Assembly: GCA_963782525.1 (NCBI GenBank)
Contig: CAWAKC010000003.1
Span: 192,001-256,000 of the forward strand
Reading direction: 5' to 3'
DNA from: Candidatus Bathyarchaeota archaeon
GTDB lineage: Archaea > Thermoproteota > Bathyarchaeia > Bathyarchaeales > Bathycorpusculaceae
DNA length: 64,000 nt
Numbering within the stretch: the first letter of the stretch is position 1; each line of letters begins with the position of its first letter. The position numbers and the translations under genes are program-made. Positions 51,751 through 62,356 of this stretch are shown piece by piece. The notes under the pieces are model-generated. The model made no database searches. It saw only the letters and a list, made by a program, of their open reading frames with translations, and was not told the DNA's origin.

Positions 51751-52466
51751 TTTATATTTGAATTTTAATGTTCAGTTCTTCAGGACCAAATTTTAGCGTA
51801 GCTTTTTTCGACTAGAGACAGCGCCCTTCGTTAGTCAGGTGGCTTCACTATAAACTCCTCTATGGTAAATTATGAATATTTCAGCTATTTTGATCATATA
51901 ATCATGGATGGTTTTAACTCTTTAGTGTAAAAAATTAACGTTCGATAGTTTTTCGCTTAACAACGAAGGTCCACTCAGCCTAAACGCGTAAACTTAGCAA
52001 CCCAGTTGAGCTAACGACTTAACCCAAAAAAACAAAACGCGCTTCTTAAGAAGAAATAAAGTTCTAAAAAAAAATTTATGAGCCCGAGAAAACGGGAAAT
52101 CGCAGTGATAACAGATTTTACCTGACTTTGCTGTCTGCTTTAATCGCTTGAAATGGATATTGCGACCAGTCTCTCAGAAAAACCATGTTCAACCGGGAGC
52201 CAAAACGGAGATTTTTTGTGTTTACCGATTATTTTGGACCTGAAATCAAAAATTAACAACTTGCTCTTGCCATAACTGTGAGATTCCTTATTTTAGCTTA
52301 GGCAACAAACAATGAATATATAAGGTTCGTTGAACTTCGATTATTTTGCATTTTTTAGACTGCCAGAATGCGGTTTGAACTTTTTCTATGTTTGGGCGAT
52401 GCTTTTGTATACAGCCAAGGATATGCTTATCTTTCAACCAAGCCATAACAGTAATCAGGCGTCTGT

Positions 52467-54008
52467 ATGCAAGCAAAAAACAAAACCCCCAGCATTACAA
52501 GCCGCGAAATGCGTGCCTTAGAAGTAAACGCACAATACTTTGGCGTCAGTCTGCTTCAGCTTATGGAGAACGCTGGACGCAACGTAGCCCAGGAAACCAT
52601 CACACGTTTCCAAAAAAACAAGAAAGCAGCGGTGTTTTGTGGTTTAGGTGGAAATGGCGGCGATGGATTCGTTGCAGCTAGGCATCTTTTGGCTGAGGAT
52701 TTTGAGGTTACTGTTGTTTTAGTCGGAAGAAGTCGAGAAATTAGCCATAAAGCTGCGCTTAGCAACTGGGTTATTCTTGAGTCTCTTAAGGATAAAGTCA
52801 CTTTGATAGAAGTTTCTGATAGTTCACTTATTCCCAAGGTGAATGCAGGCATAATTATCGACGCTTTGCTTGGAACAGGAACAAAAGGAAAGCTGAAACC
52901 GCCAATCGCCCAAGTAGTCGACTACACAAACTCGTTGAATGGCTTCAAGATTGCAGTTGACGTCCCTACAGGTATTGATTCAGACACCGGCGAAGTGTTA
53001 GGCACTGCCGTAAAAGCCGATTTAACCATAACCTTCCACAAGGCAAAGCCGGGGCTGGATAAAGCCAAAAAATACATTGGCGAACTCGAAGTGGTCGACA
53101 TTGGTTTACCAATTGAGTTGGAGCGGTTTGCTGGTCCAGGCGACGTTTCCCTTGTCACTAAACCGCGCAATCCATCAGCTCACAAGGGCGACTTTGGACG
53201 TTTACTCGTTATTGGTGGAAGCGAAGTTTACTCTGGAGCGCCTACATTGGTTTCCTTAGCTGCCATGCGTACAGGAGTTGATATTGTTTATCTTGCGGCT
53301 CCAGCCAAAACGGCTACCACAATTTCCTCCATGTCCCCCGATTTGATCACGATAAAGCTTGAAGGAGAAAACCTCAACCCAGCAAACATTGAAGCAATCA
53401 AACCTTACTTAGGCATGGTTGACGCTGTTGCAATGGGACCGGGGCTGGGCTTGAACCCTGAAACCGTAAAGTTTGTCAAAGCATGTGTGGAAGAGGTTGA
53501 AAAAGCAAAGAAACCGCTGCTTTTGGATGCCGACGGATTGAAAGCGTTTGCAAAATTCAAGCGATTACTAAAGGTTCCGCTGGTGTTGACGCCACACGCA
53601 GGAGAATACGAAATACTTACGGGAGAAACATTGCCTGACAATCAGGAGGAACGCGTCTTGACTATACAGAAAACCGCCAAGAAACTCAACGCCACCATCC
53701 TTGTTAAGGGCAAAGTTGACATCATATGCGATGCCAACCGTTCAAAATTGAATTTCACGGGTAATCCAGGAATGACAGTTGGAGGAACGGGCGACGTCCT
53801 CAGCGGCATTGCCGGCGGCTTGATGGCAATGAACGTAGACCCCTTTGAGGCGGCCGTTGCCGGTGCCTTTGTGAACGGTGCTGCAGGCGACTTTGTTGCA
53901 AATGAAATTGGCTTTCACATGGTGGCAACTGATATAATCGATTGGATACCCCACATGTTTGAAGATCCGATGAGTCATTTGAAGGTGCGCAAGCCAAATG
54001 GAAGCTGA
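52467..54008 (+). CDS. nnr: Bifunctional NAD(P)H-hydrate epimerase/dehydratase
   Basis: LMENAG, GGNGGDG, DALLGTG, HKGDFG, GPGLG, DADG, TPHAGE, GGTGDVL. Confidence 0.96.
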   Translation: MQAKNKTPSITSREMRALEVNAQYFGVSLLQLMENAGRNVAQETITRFQKNKKAAVFCGLGGNGGDGFVAARHLLAEDFEVTVVLVGRSREISHKAALSNWVILESLKDKVTLIEVSDSSLIPKVNAGIIIDALLGTGTKGKLKPPIAQVVDYTNSLNGFKIAVDVPTGIDSDTGEVLGTAVKADLTITFHKAKPGLDKAKKYIGELEVVDIGLPIELERFAGPGDVSLVTKPRNPSAHKGDFGRLLVIGGSEVYSGAPTLVSLAAMRTGVDIVYLAAPAKTATTISSMSPDLITIKLEGENLNPANIEAIKPYLGMVDAVAMGPGLGLNPETVKFVKACVEEVEKAKKPLLLDADGLKAFAKFKRLLKVPLVLTPHAGEYEILTGETLPDNQEERVLTIQKTAKKLNATILVKGKVDIICDANRSKLNFTGNPGMTVGGTGDVLSGIAGGLMAMNVDPFEAAVAGAFVNGAAGDFVANEIGFHMVATDIIDWIPHMFEDPMSHLKVRKPNGS

Positions 54009-54576
54009 CTCAGAACAACCAAAGTCAGACTTACCTGTTAGAATAACCATTTACCACGCTGCCCAAGATGACCCAAAAAAAAACACTGCATTACGGCTTA
54101 AACGTCGAGGACTTGCCCGTATCGTTACAAGTGCAAGATTCTTGCCTAAGCGAGCCATCGTTCTAAACCCCTTTGGCGAAATCGCGTTTTCTCCAGCGGA
54201 CAAGGAGAGGCTTGAGCAGTTTGGAGTAGCGGCTTTAGATTGCAGTTGGGAACATGCCCAGAAAGTTATGGAAAAACAAGTTAAAGGAACTAGCCGCTGC
54301 TTGCCAATTTTAATTGCAGGTAACCCAGTGAATTATGGCAAGCTTACCAAGTTGACAACTGTCGAAGCCATCGCGGCTGCCTTGTACATTGCGGGTTTCA
54401 AGAAAGAGGCTGAGGATATTTTATTAATTTTTCCTTGGGGACATACATTTTTCGAGTTAAACCAAACGTTCCTTGACAATTATGTAACTGCTAAGGATAG
54501 CGCTGACATTGTAGAAATGCAAACGAGGCTTTTGAAACCCCAAAAACGCGAGCCAAGCAAGAATGTCTTTGAGTGA
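53998..54576 (+). CDS. tsr3: 16S rRNA aminocarboxypropyltransferase Tsr3 (DUF367)
   Basis: QDDPKKNT, LDCSW, LIAGNPVNYG, WGHTFFELN. Confidence 0.95.
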   Translation: MEADSEQPKSDLPVRITIYHAAQDDPKKNTALRLKRRGLARIVTSARFLPKRAIVLNPFGEIAFSPADKERLEQFGVAALDCSWEHAQKVMEKQVKGTSRCLPILIAGNPVNYGKLTKLTTVEAIAAALYIAGFKKEAEDILLIFPWGHTFFELNQTFLDNYVTAKDSADIVEMQTRLLKPQKREPSKNVFE

Positions 54577-54742
54577 TACGTTGGGCAGAGTAGTTTTAAG
54601 ACATATTTGCTTCTATAGAGGACAGGAAAAAATCCAAGGAGGGTAAATCATTATTGGGGTTTTTTCGTTTAAACCGTCATAAAATATGTGAAGCCTTATT
54701 GCCGACAATGCGAACTTGAAAAAAGCATGGGAGACCTGAAGC

Positions 54743-55375
54743 TTGGAGTTTATCACTGACTTCTTTGTGTTCTTAGCTTCAGTCCTGTTAATTTCACTTT
54801 CAGGAGTCCTTATGCCTGGACCTCTCTTTGCAATCACGATAAAGAAGGCATCAAAAAGTAAAACAGCAGGCGCCTTGATAGCGGTCGGCCATGGGATCGT
54901 TGAGTTTCCCTTGATGTTTCTTATTTTCTTTGTATTAAACCAATTTAACATTCCCAGCTTTGTGCAAGTTGCGGTGGGTTTGGTTGGAGGTTTCTTCATG
55001 GTTTTCATGGGAGTCCAAGCATTTCGAAACAGGTACAGACAGCAAGAAGCAACAGTAGATTTAAAACGAGATTCTGTGCTTGCTGGGATATGGACGACAG
55101 CGGCTAATGCGGGCTTTATCTTATGGTGGTTAACCATTGGTACCACCCTTATTTTGAACGCTAAACTATTTGGACTCGTAGGCTTCTCTGTCTTTGCGGG
55201 GGTTCATTGGCTCACTGATTTCGTTTGGTACACCGTGGTTGCAGTTTTGATTTTTAAGTCGCAGCGGTTCTGGACCGCCCGCGTGCACAACGGCATTGCT
55301 CTTTTCTGTGTAGCTGTATTCATCGGTTTCGGAGCTTACTTTATGGGTTCAGCACTATGGTCTTTGCTTTCATAG
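54743..55375 (+). CDS. LysE family translocator
   Basis: SLSGVLMPGPL, GHGIVE, WWLTIG. Confidence 0.9.
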   Translation: MEFITDFFVFLASVLLISLSGVLMPGPLFAITIKKASKSKTAGALIAVGHGIVEFPLMFLIFFVLNQFNIPSFVQVAVGLVGGFFMVFMGVQAFRNRYRQQEATVDLKRDSVLAGIWTTAANAGFILWWLTIGTTLILNAKLFGLVGFSVFAGVHWLTDFVWYTVVAVLIFKSQRFWTARVHNGIALFCVAVFIGFGAYFMGSALWSLLS

Positions 55376-55405
55376 TTAAATAACCAGCCGAAGTAAATTG
55401 TATTC

Positions 55406-55957
55406 ATGGAATTTAAAGTTGGAAGCGCCACACTTGAACTAATCAAAGGCGACATAACAAACGTGGAAGCTGATGCAATAGTGAACGCAGCTAACTCGAC
55501 GCTGCTTGGAGGCGGCGGAGTAGATGGAGCCATTCACCGTAAAGGTGGACCAAAAATCCTTGAAGAATGCAAACTAATACGGGCAACGGAGTGGCCCGAT
55601 GGATTGCCCACGGGCAAAGCAGTGATGACATCAGGCGGAAAATTGAAAGCTAAACATGTCATACACACGGTTGGGCCGGTTTGGATGGGCGGCTTTCACG
55701 TTGAAGCGGAACTTCTAAAGCAGGCATACCGCAATACGTTAAAACTTGCAGTTTCTAAGGGACTTCGAACCATTGCGTTTCCGTCAATTAGCACGGGCGC
55801 TTATGGTTACCCGATTGAAGAAGCAAGCCGCGTTGCCTTAGGGACGGTTAAAGCGTTTTTAGAGAATGAGGATAAGCTTGAAAAAGTAACTTTTGTTTTG
55901 TTTTCTGAGGGGGCTTTTGAGGTTTACAAAAAAACGGCTGAGTCCATGTTTCTGTAG
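55406..55957 (+). CDS. Macro-domain O-acetyl-ADP-ribose deacetylase
   Basis: GDIT, NAAN..LLGGGGVDGAIH, HTVGP, FPSISTGAYGYP. Confidence 0.96.
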   Translation: MEFKVGSATLELIKGDITNVEADAIVNAANSTLLGGGGVDGAIHRKGGPKILEECKLIRATEWPDGLPTGKAVMTSGGKLKAKHVIHTVGPVWMGGFHVEAELLKQAYRNTLKLAVSKGLRTIAFPSISTGAYGYPIEEASRVALGTVKAFLENEDKLEKVTFVLFSEGAFEVYKKTAESMFL

Positions 55958-55996
55958 TTGCGTGACTTAGAAAAAGAGAAAAATTTGGGTTACAGC

Positions 55997-56260
55997 TTAT
56001 GGTATGACAGAGACTTTTTCGGCTTCAGTAATGGATGCGACAGGAATGTCAAGTTGCTCTTGTACCACAAGCAGAATAGCTTCTTCGCTTGGTCCATCAA
56101 ATATGAAGGACACTCTGTTCTCCGTTACACAGCAGTAGCAAGCCGTCAATTCGACGCCTTTGATTTTTCCTTTAGAGAACATTTTAACTGCTCCTTCTGC
56201 ACATGCTTTGGGTTCTTTTCCAGATTTTAATATGGCTGAATTCACTAAATAGCTTGGCAA
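55997..56260 (-). CDS. Hypothetical small alpha/beta protein
   Basis: 87 aa, TTG start, TATA-like element upstream. Confidence 0.65.
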   Translation of the reverse strand: MPSYLVNSAILKSGKEPKACAEGAVKMFSKGKIKGVELTACYCCVTENRVSFIFDGPSEEAILLVVQEQLDIPVASITEAEKVSVIP

Positions 56261-56413
56261 AAATTCACTTCCTTACTACTTATTTAATAGAAGGATTTTA
56301 TAAGCATTCTGACTTGGATCCTATTAGAAAAAACAATCAAATATGTTGTTGGTGGATTGCAGTCACAAATTCATATAACATGTTAGATACGAGAGTATTG
56401 TTAGGTGGCCGTT

Positions 56414-56575
56414 TTGGTTAAAGCTTTGTTTAGTTGCCCTTTCTGTGAAACGCCAGCTTGGCGTACGCGTTACATGCTTTGGCTTCACATGAGGGAATGT
56501 ATCAAGAAAAACCTGGAAGATAAAACGGCGAACAATGTTGTTGACTCTGCTGTTGTCAAATTAACTGACCAATAG
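56414..56575 (+). CDS. Small C2HC zinc-finger protein (53 aa, not in ORF track)
   Basis: MVKALFSCPFCETPAWRTRYMLWLHMRECIKK...; AGGTG RBS. Confidence 0.6.
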   Translation: MVKALFSCPFCETPAWRTRYMLWLHMRECIKKNLEDKTANNVVDSAVVKLTDQ

Positions 56576-56603
56576 GTCGGGGTTAAAATCTAAGAAAGTT
56601 GTT

Positions 56604-56921
56604 TCAGATGAGGGTTAACGTCAAGGTTGATTTGACGCTACTTAAGTTGCCAATCTGCTTGAGAATCACTTCACGCACATGATCATAGGATTCTCCAACT
56701 ACCTTCGCCACAACATCGTAGGCGCCATGCGCCAAATAAACTTCTTTTACTTCGGTGATCTTCCGTAAATCTTCAAGCGCCAAAGCACTAGCATTAGATT
56801 CGATGGTTGTGATAAAAACGAAGGCACTTCGATTTGGCTTATCCGAAACTTGTTTTGTGGGGTGGCTGCTGATTGCTGCACTAATGTCCTCAAAAACATT
56901 CTCCAAAATACTGCACCTCAA
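56604..56921 (-). CDS. Lrp/AsnC ligand-binding-domain protein
   Basis: AFVFI, VKEVYLAHGAYDVV, STLTL. Confidence 0.85.
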   Translation of the reverse strand: MRCSILENVFEDISAAISSHPTKQVSDKPNRSAFVFITTIESNASALALEDLRKITEVKEVYLAHGAYDVVAKVVGESYDHVREVILKQIGNLSSVKSTLTLTLI

Positions 56922-57028
56922 AAACCGTTTGTATTAACTATCTCAAGAATAAGTATTAAAGATGTGTTGCTGTCACGCAACTACAACAAAAAATAAAGAA
57001 AAATTTGGCGTCCCAGAGAAAAAGTGGT

Positions 57029-57574
57029 TTATCCGTTTTTGGTTTTGAGGTTTATCTGCGAGTAGATTTCGTATTTGTCGCCGAGAACTTTTCTACCGTC
57101 TAAGTAGCCAAGTTCTATGAGGAAACCCAACCCGACAACTTTGCCGCCTAGTTTCTCCACTAGCTCCACGTTGGCTTTTACAGTTCCGCCCGTCGCCAAC
57201 AAATCGTCGATGATTAGAACATTCTGCCCCTTCACAATGGCGTCCTCATGCATCTCGATGGTGTCACCCTCGTACTCTTTCTTATAGGTCAAATCAACGC
57301 ACTTGTGGGGAAGCTTTCCTTTTTTGCGAACGGGAACAAAACCGACGCCGAGCTCGTAAGCAAGGGGAGCGCCTATGATGAATCCGCGGGCTTCGTTGGA
57401 GACGATTACGTCGATTTTTTTTCCTCGATAATGGTCTGCAAGTTGTTTTATGCATTCGCGGAAGCAGGTTTTGTCTTTAAGCAGGGGCGTGATGTCCCAG
57501 AATACGACGCCCTTGAACTCTGGGATTCGGCGGATTTTGCCTTTTAAATCGATGGTTTTATCTGTTTTTGTCAT
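57029..57574 (-). CDS. apt: Adenine phosphoribosyltransferase
   Basis: DITPLL, EARGF, RKKGKLP, IDDLLATGGT. Confidence 0.96.
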   Translation of the reverse strand: MTKTDKTIDLKGKIRRIPEFKGVVFWDITPLLKDKTCFRECIKQLADHYRGKKIDVIVSNEARGFIIGAPLAYELGVGFVPVRKKGKLPHKCVDLTYKKEYEGDTIEMHEDAIVKGQNVLIIDDLLATGGTVKANVELVEKLGGKVVGLGFLIELGYLDGRKVLGDKYEIYSQINLKTKNG

Positions 57575-57585
57575 TTTTTTCTCCT

Positions 57586-58377
57586 TTAAACGAATGCGCC
57601 CTTCAACGCTTCAGGACACTTGCAGGTGAATTCCGTAGGGGTTTTCCCGATGGTTTGTGCAATTATTTGTTTAACGTTTTCGGTGCCGGTGCGCATGATG
57701 TTTATTATGTCATCAACACATACAGCATGGTCTTTCCAGCAGTCATAGTCCGTGACGGTGCTGATGTTTGTGTAGCAGATTTCAGCTTCCCGCGACAACA
57801 CCACTTCAGGAACCATCGTCATGCCAATGATGTCGGCGCCCCACTTCTGATACATCCGCGACTCAGCTTTAGTTGAGAAACGTGGACCTTCAATACAGAC
57901 GTATGTGCCTGTTTCATGCATCTTGATTTTGAGGCTCTTAGCAACATCAACAACGGTTTTGTGGAGTTGGGGACACATGGGTTCTGCAACGGATATGTGG
58001 CAGACGCGTGCTTCGGCGAGGGCGTAGAAGGATTGTTCACGTCTTGTTGTGCGGTCGATGAATTGATCAGCGAAAACGATGTCGCCAGGCGCATAATCCT
58101 CACGGAGGGAACCAACCGTGGAAGCCGCCAAAATACGTTTGACGCCTAACCGCTTGAGGGCAAAAATGTTGGCCCGTACATTAATGTCTGTGGGGCGAAT
58201 CGTATGCAGTTTTCCATGACGAGGCAAAAATGCCACAGATTTGCCGCCGAGTTCACCAACAGTTATAGCGTCCGAGGGTTTACCATAAGGCGTTTCAACC
58301 GTGACTTCCTGAACATTCTTGAGAAGTTTAGGGTCATAAAGACCAGTTCCACCGATAACTCCAAATTCAGCTTGCAT
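57586..58377 (-). CDS. mtnP: S-methyl-5'-thioadenosine phosphorylase
   Basis: IGGTG, TPYG, PRHG, EGPRFST.AES, GMT, VTDYD. Confidence 0.96.
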   Translation of the reverse strand: MQAEFGVIGGTGLYDPKLLKNVQEVTVETPYGKPSDAITVGELGGKSVAFLPRHGKLHTIRPTDINVRANIFALKRLGVKRILAASTVGSLREDYAPGDIVFADQFIDRTTRREQSFYALAEARVCHISVAEPMCPQLHKTVVDVAKSLKIKMHETGTYVCIEGPRFSTKAESRMYQKWGADIIGMTMVPEVVLSREAEICYTNISTVTDYDCWKDHAVCVDDIINIMRTGTENVKQIIAQTIGKTPTEFTCKCPEALKGAFV

Positions 58378-58552
58378 AAAAACCTAATTCAAACGCTGAG
58401 CTTATAAGAATAGCGACACAATCTGTGCTTACCTTTTTTTTATAGCCCTTCATATATAGGCAAAAAAATTGGAGCCGAATACGATAGTGAGCTTAGGAAA
58501 AACAAATGATGAAAATGCAAGCACAATGCACTTTTCAATATACATTCACAAT

Positions 58553-59775
58553 TTAGGCTTTTCCTATAGTGACTTGGACGGTTTGTTGTTGTCCGTTTCT
58601 AATGACGGTGAAGTCTATGGTTTGTCCGAGTAGGGTGTGTTCTTCTAGGTAGCTGAGGAGGTCGTCAGTGTTGGCTATGCGTTGGTTGTTTATGGCGGTT
58701 ATGATGTCGCCGCCGAGGACGACGGTTGAGCCGAGTATACTTTTTTGGGTATTGCCGCCTTGGAGGCCGTTTTGTATTGAGACGCTTTCGACGAGGAAGC
58801 CGTAGGTGACGGGTGCGCCCATGGCTTGGGCGATTGGGTAGTTCATGTCTGTTCCCACGACGTTTATGGAGGGGTGCTGGTCGTATGAACCTGAGGTTAC
58901 CAGTGAACTGATTTCACGTATTATGGTGTCCGAGGGAATTGCGAATCCCAGGCTCTGTGAGTTGCTGATACCTGCAGTAGTTATGCCAACGACGTCACCG
59001 CCATATGTGATGAGGGGTCCTCCAGAGTTGCCGGGGTTGATGGCGGTGCTGGTTTGGATGATGTCTGCGATAGTTTGGCCGTTTTGGCTTGATGAAGAGT
59101 CTTCGGTAATGGTTCTGCCCAAGGCGCTGATAACTCCTGTGGTTAATGTGCCTGACAGCCCGTATGGTGTGCCGACGGCAACGACGGGGTCGCCGACTTG
59201 CAGGGTGTCTGAGTCTGCGAGGGTTAGGGGTGTTAAACCGCTTGGCATCGACGATATGGAGAGGACAGCGAGGTCAGCTTGTGGGTCAGAACCTAATACT
59301 TTTGCAGGGTAAGAGTCGCCGTTTGAGAAGGTTACGGTTTCATTTATGGCATTCGCAATTACGTGGTCGTTGGTGACTATGACGTTTTGGTTGTTAACGT
59401 GGGTTATAAATCCTGAACCCTGCTGTTGACTGTAACCTATAAGATTTCCAAAGAAATTATACGAGGGTACAAGGTCTTGGATAACCACAACGGATGATTT
59501 TACTTGTTGATAGAGGTTGGAGAGCGAAATGCTGCCATTGATGAGGTAGGTTTGTTGTGTACCGTTGCTGCTGGAGCCTTGGTAGAGGCCAATTTGGGAT
59601 TGCAGGTTTGAGAGTTTTGTGTTGAAGTCTTGGTAGGTTACGGTGTAAGAGATTATTCCTCCTGCAACCAACCCCACGAGTAAAAAAGCAACGATGATCA
59701 CTGCCATGAAGCGCCGGTTTTTTTTGGTGGAGGCGGAAGGGAGGGAGAAGAAGAAGGTAAAGATGTTGATTCCAT
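58553..59775 (-). CDS. HtrA-like serine protease with PDZ domain (probable A-run frameshift near 59720)
   Basis: GSGF, TNDHV, DLAVL, INPGNSGGPL, GDII; N-terminal TM. Confidence 0.93.
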
Positions 59776-59816
59776 GGGGGAAATCCTCAAGTTGAATGAT
59801 ATTTATCTTTTTGAGT

Positions 59817-60626
59817 TTACGATGAGAACGGTTCATCTGTTATGGTCAGAGATTTTTGGCAAATTGGGCATACGTTGTCGCTTGGTTTTATGTCGGCTCC
59901 GCAGTTGGGGCACTTATTGTTCTTCTTTGCAAGGTGGAGTCCTTCTTTTTCCTTGATTATTTTGCCGTCTTTAAGGAGCAGCATCCGCTCGGTGTGGTTG
60001 GCGGCTTGGCTGTCGTGGGTAACCATGATGATGGTGGTGCCCTGTGTAAGGTTGAGGTTGGCGAGGAGCTTTATGATTTCCTGTTTGTTTTGACTGTCGA
60101 GGTTTCCTGTGGGTTCATCTGCGAGGATGAATGCGGGGTTGTTTGCGAGGGCTCGTGCGATTGCGACACGTTGCTGCTCACCAGCGCTTAATCGTTGGGG
60201 TCGGTGATTTTCTCTTCCCGACAGCCCAACCATCGCCAAAAGTTCACTTGCTCGTTTTTTGCGTTCAGATTTGGATTTGATTTTGCCTTCCATGGGCAAC
60301 TCGACGTTTTCGCGGGCGTTTAGGTAGGGGAGTAGGTTGAATGTTTGGAATACGAAGCCCATTTTGTCTCGGCGGATTTTATAGAGTTGGTTTTCAGGCA
60401 TTTTGCTAACGTCGATGCCGTCTAAGAGGACTTGGCCGTCGGTGGCTTTGTCGATGCAGCCGATGACGTTGAGCAATGTGGTTTTGCCGGAGCCTGAAGG
60501 TCCCATGATCGCTATGAATTCGCCCTGATTGACTTGCAGGTTCAGGTTTGTGAGGGCTTGAACGGGGCGTTTGCCTAGCATGTAGGTTTTGTTTAGGTTT
60601 GATATTTGCAGTACTGGCTTACTCAT
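59817..60626 (-). CDS. LolD/MacB-type ABC ATP-binding protein with C-terminal zinc ribbon
   Basis: [33 protein letters not shown]. Confidence 0.95.
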   Translation of the reverse strand: MSKPVLQISNLNKTYMLGKRPVQALTNLNLQVNQGEFIAIMGPSGSGKTTLLNVIGCIDKATDGQVLLDGIDVSKMPENQLYKIRRDKMGFVFQTFNLLPYLNARENVELPMEGKIKSKSERKKRASELLAMVGLSGRENHRPQRLSAGEQQRVAIARALANNPAFILADEPTGNLDSQNKQEIIKLLANLNLTQGTTIIMVTHDSQAANHTERMLLLKDGKIIKEKEGLHLAKKNNKCPNCGADIKPSDNVCPICQKSLTITDEPFSS

Positions 60627-62112
60627 ATTTCATCGCCTCTGCGGGTCGAATTTTTGCAGCTCTCCATGCGGGATATAAACTGCCTAAAGCGCCAAGTAGA
60701 ACTGATGCACCGAACAATATCAGTATAAGTTCAGGATTCAAAGTCGCAACTGATAATCCGCCGATTCTTGATGTGCCTGAAACGACTACAGCCCCTGCAC
60801 CGGCTCCGCCGCCTAGACCAACGCTTGGAAGCAAAAGGGATGAGATCGTGGGCGCTGCTATGCTGCCTATTGCGATGCCAACTATACCAGCAATTATGCT
60901 TAATAAGATACCCTCAAGCATAAACTGGCTCATCACAACAGAGTTGCTAAAACCAATCGCTTTAAGCGTGCCAATCTCTTTGGTTCTCTCCTTGACCGTG
61001 TATAGCATAACAAATAGTACTATCAAGCTTGTTGCTACAACCACTATGGCAATTTCTTCCACGGCAGTTGAATACGTTTGGCTATTAGATGCTTGGGCAG
61101 TTGCCAGTTCACTATTATAGGTCGTTTGTAAGTTTTGAAGTTGATTTAGCCGGGTTTGGTCAGTAGTAACTGTAAGTTCAGGGTGCAATGTACTTATGGC
61201 GCTAGCTACCTGTGTAACAGCCTCGCTGCTTGTAGCAAACACTTTGAAACTAGTTATGTATCCTGTGTTGTTAGTTATTGTTTGAGCGTCAGATAGATTC
61301 ATGTATAATGTTTGTGTTTGCGAAACGGAAGCTGGGCTATAGATGCCTACGACAGTAAAGGGTTGGTTTAAAACGGTAATTGTGTCGCCTACTCCAGCAT
61401 TGAAGTATGCTGAGTTGTTTTCACTAAGCAACACTTCTCCACTAGCGCCAGCCTGTAAGTTGCTTCCTTCAGTTATGTTTGTCGGCAACACAGGATAGAT
61501 ATTTACCAAATCAGAAGTTAACGGAATACCTTCAATTGTGTACTCGACTTCAAGAGTTGTGATGGTTCGTGAGTATCCATTAAATGATAGGTCTCGCGTT
61601 ACATTTTGTCCTTCAGAAGCTTGCAGTATAGGCTCAACAGTTGCTATGCCAGAAATTGTATCGTTGATATCAGTGTATAAGCTCTCGTTCATAGGATTTG
61701 ATTGACCACCACTAAATGCGCCACCACCAAATTGGCCACCTACAGTTCCGCCACCGAATTGACCAGGCGTAAAACCGCCACCGCCAGGTCTACCACCACT
61801 ACCACTAGGAGGAAAACCTGAACCAGAACCGCTACCGCCAGAGTTGGCGCCAAAACCGCTGAAACCGAAACCCGAAAAACTCGGCGCAAGGTTACAGTCT
61901 ATTTGAGTTGAGGTTTGATTAATTGCGGCGCTGGTTTGAGTAATGATGTTGCTTAAATTTGTGGCTGCCGTACTAGCTGTCTGCTGATTAGCCAAAACGC
62001 CTGCAGGAATTGAAACCAAAATTGCCATTGAAAAACCCAACGCGATAATTACTAGTAGCGCTCGGATTTTTCTTCTTGAAATGTTTCTTATTGCTCTATT
62101 AATTATTCCCAT
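60619..62112 (-). CDS. MacB/FtsX-type ABC permease with Gly-rich insert
   Basis: RNISRRKIR, ERTKEIGTLKAIG, YPAWRAAK. Confidence 0.93.
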   Translation of the reverse strand: MGIINRAIRNISRRKIRALLVIIALGFSMAILVSIPAGVLANQQTASTAATNLSNIITQTSAAINQTSTQIDCNLAPSFSGFGFSGFGANSGGSGSGSGFPPSGSGGRPGGGGFTPGQFGGGTVGGQFGGGAFSGGQSNPMNESLYTDINDTISGIATVEPILQASEGQNVTRDLSFNGYSRTITTLEVEYTIEGIPLTSDLVNIYPVLPTNITEGSNLQAGASGEVLLSENNSAYFNAGVGDTITVLNQPFTVVGIYSPASVSQTQTLYMNLSDAQTITNNTGYITSFKVFATSSEAVTQVASAISTLHPELTVTTDQTRLNQLQNLQTTYNSELATAQASNSQTYSTAVEEIAIVVVATSLIVLFVMLYTVKERTKEIGTLKAIGFSNSVVMSQFMLEGILLSIIAGIVGIAIGSIAAPTISSLLLPSVGLGGGAGAGAVVVSGTSRIGGLSVATLNPELILILFGASVLLGALGSLYPAWRAAKIRPAEAMKYE

Positions 62113-62262
62113 GAAAGGTTCTTTCCTCATTAGTGTCGAAGGCAACCAAGAAGAGACTTGAAGGGGTATTCGATTGGGCAGTTATAGGCCTATGGCCTTG
62201 ATTGATTTCAAATCCCTTCTTGGCTGCTTATTCCCACTGTAACCCCGAAGTGTTATTAAATA

Positions 62263-62297
62263 ATTTTTCAAAATCTTACCCAAATCTCTCCCCAATC
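62263..62297 (-). promoter_or_regulatory. Putative operator abutting the BRE/TATA of the ABC operon
   Basis: 26 of 35 nt identical to 62968-63002; CCCAAAT-N5-CCCAATC. Confidence 0.65.
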
Positions 62298-62356
62298 ACA
62301 AACGCTAACGCGCTAAAACACAAAAAAAGAGAGAAAATTTTTAAAAAAAATTTGGC

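Larger units (their letters stand above)
44873..52412. repeat. Five dispersed copies of the motif (AAAA)TGTGTTTGGGYGATGCTTTTGTATAC
   Basis: 44873-44903 (-), 45652-45681 (+), 47913-47943 (+), 49580-49611 (-), 52387-52412 (+). Confidence 0.92.

Noticed and set aside
44873-52412. The five ~30-bp repeats as a CRISPR array
   Set aside because: Spacing is 0.75-2.8 kb, orientation is mixed, and there are no cas genes.
3483-59775. About eight split genes (CBS-HPF, wHTH, 4Fe-4S, SOUL, DUF523/1722, hydrolase, Lrp, HtrA) as pseudogenes or programmed frameshifts
   Set aside because: Each is a single-base indel, mostly in a homopolymer, in otherwise intact and unrelated genes. Long-read consensus error is the simplest explanation; reads are needed to confirm.
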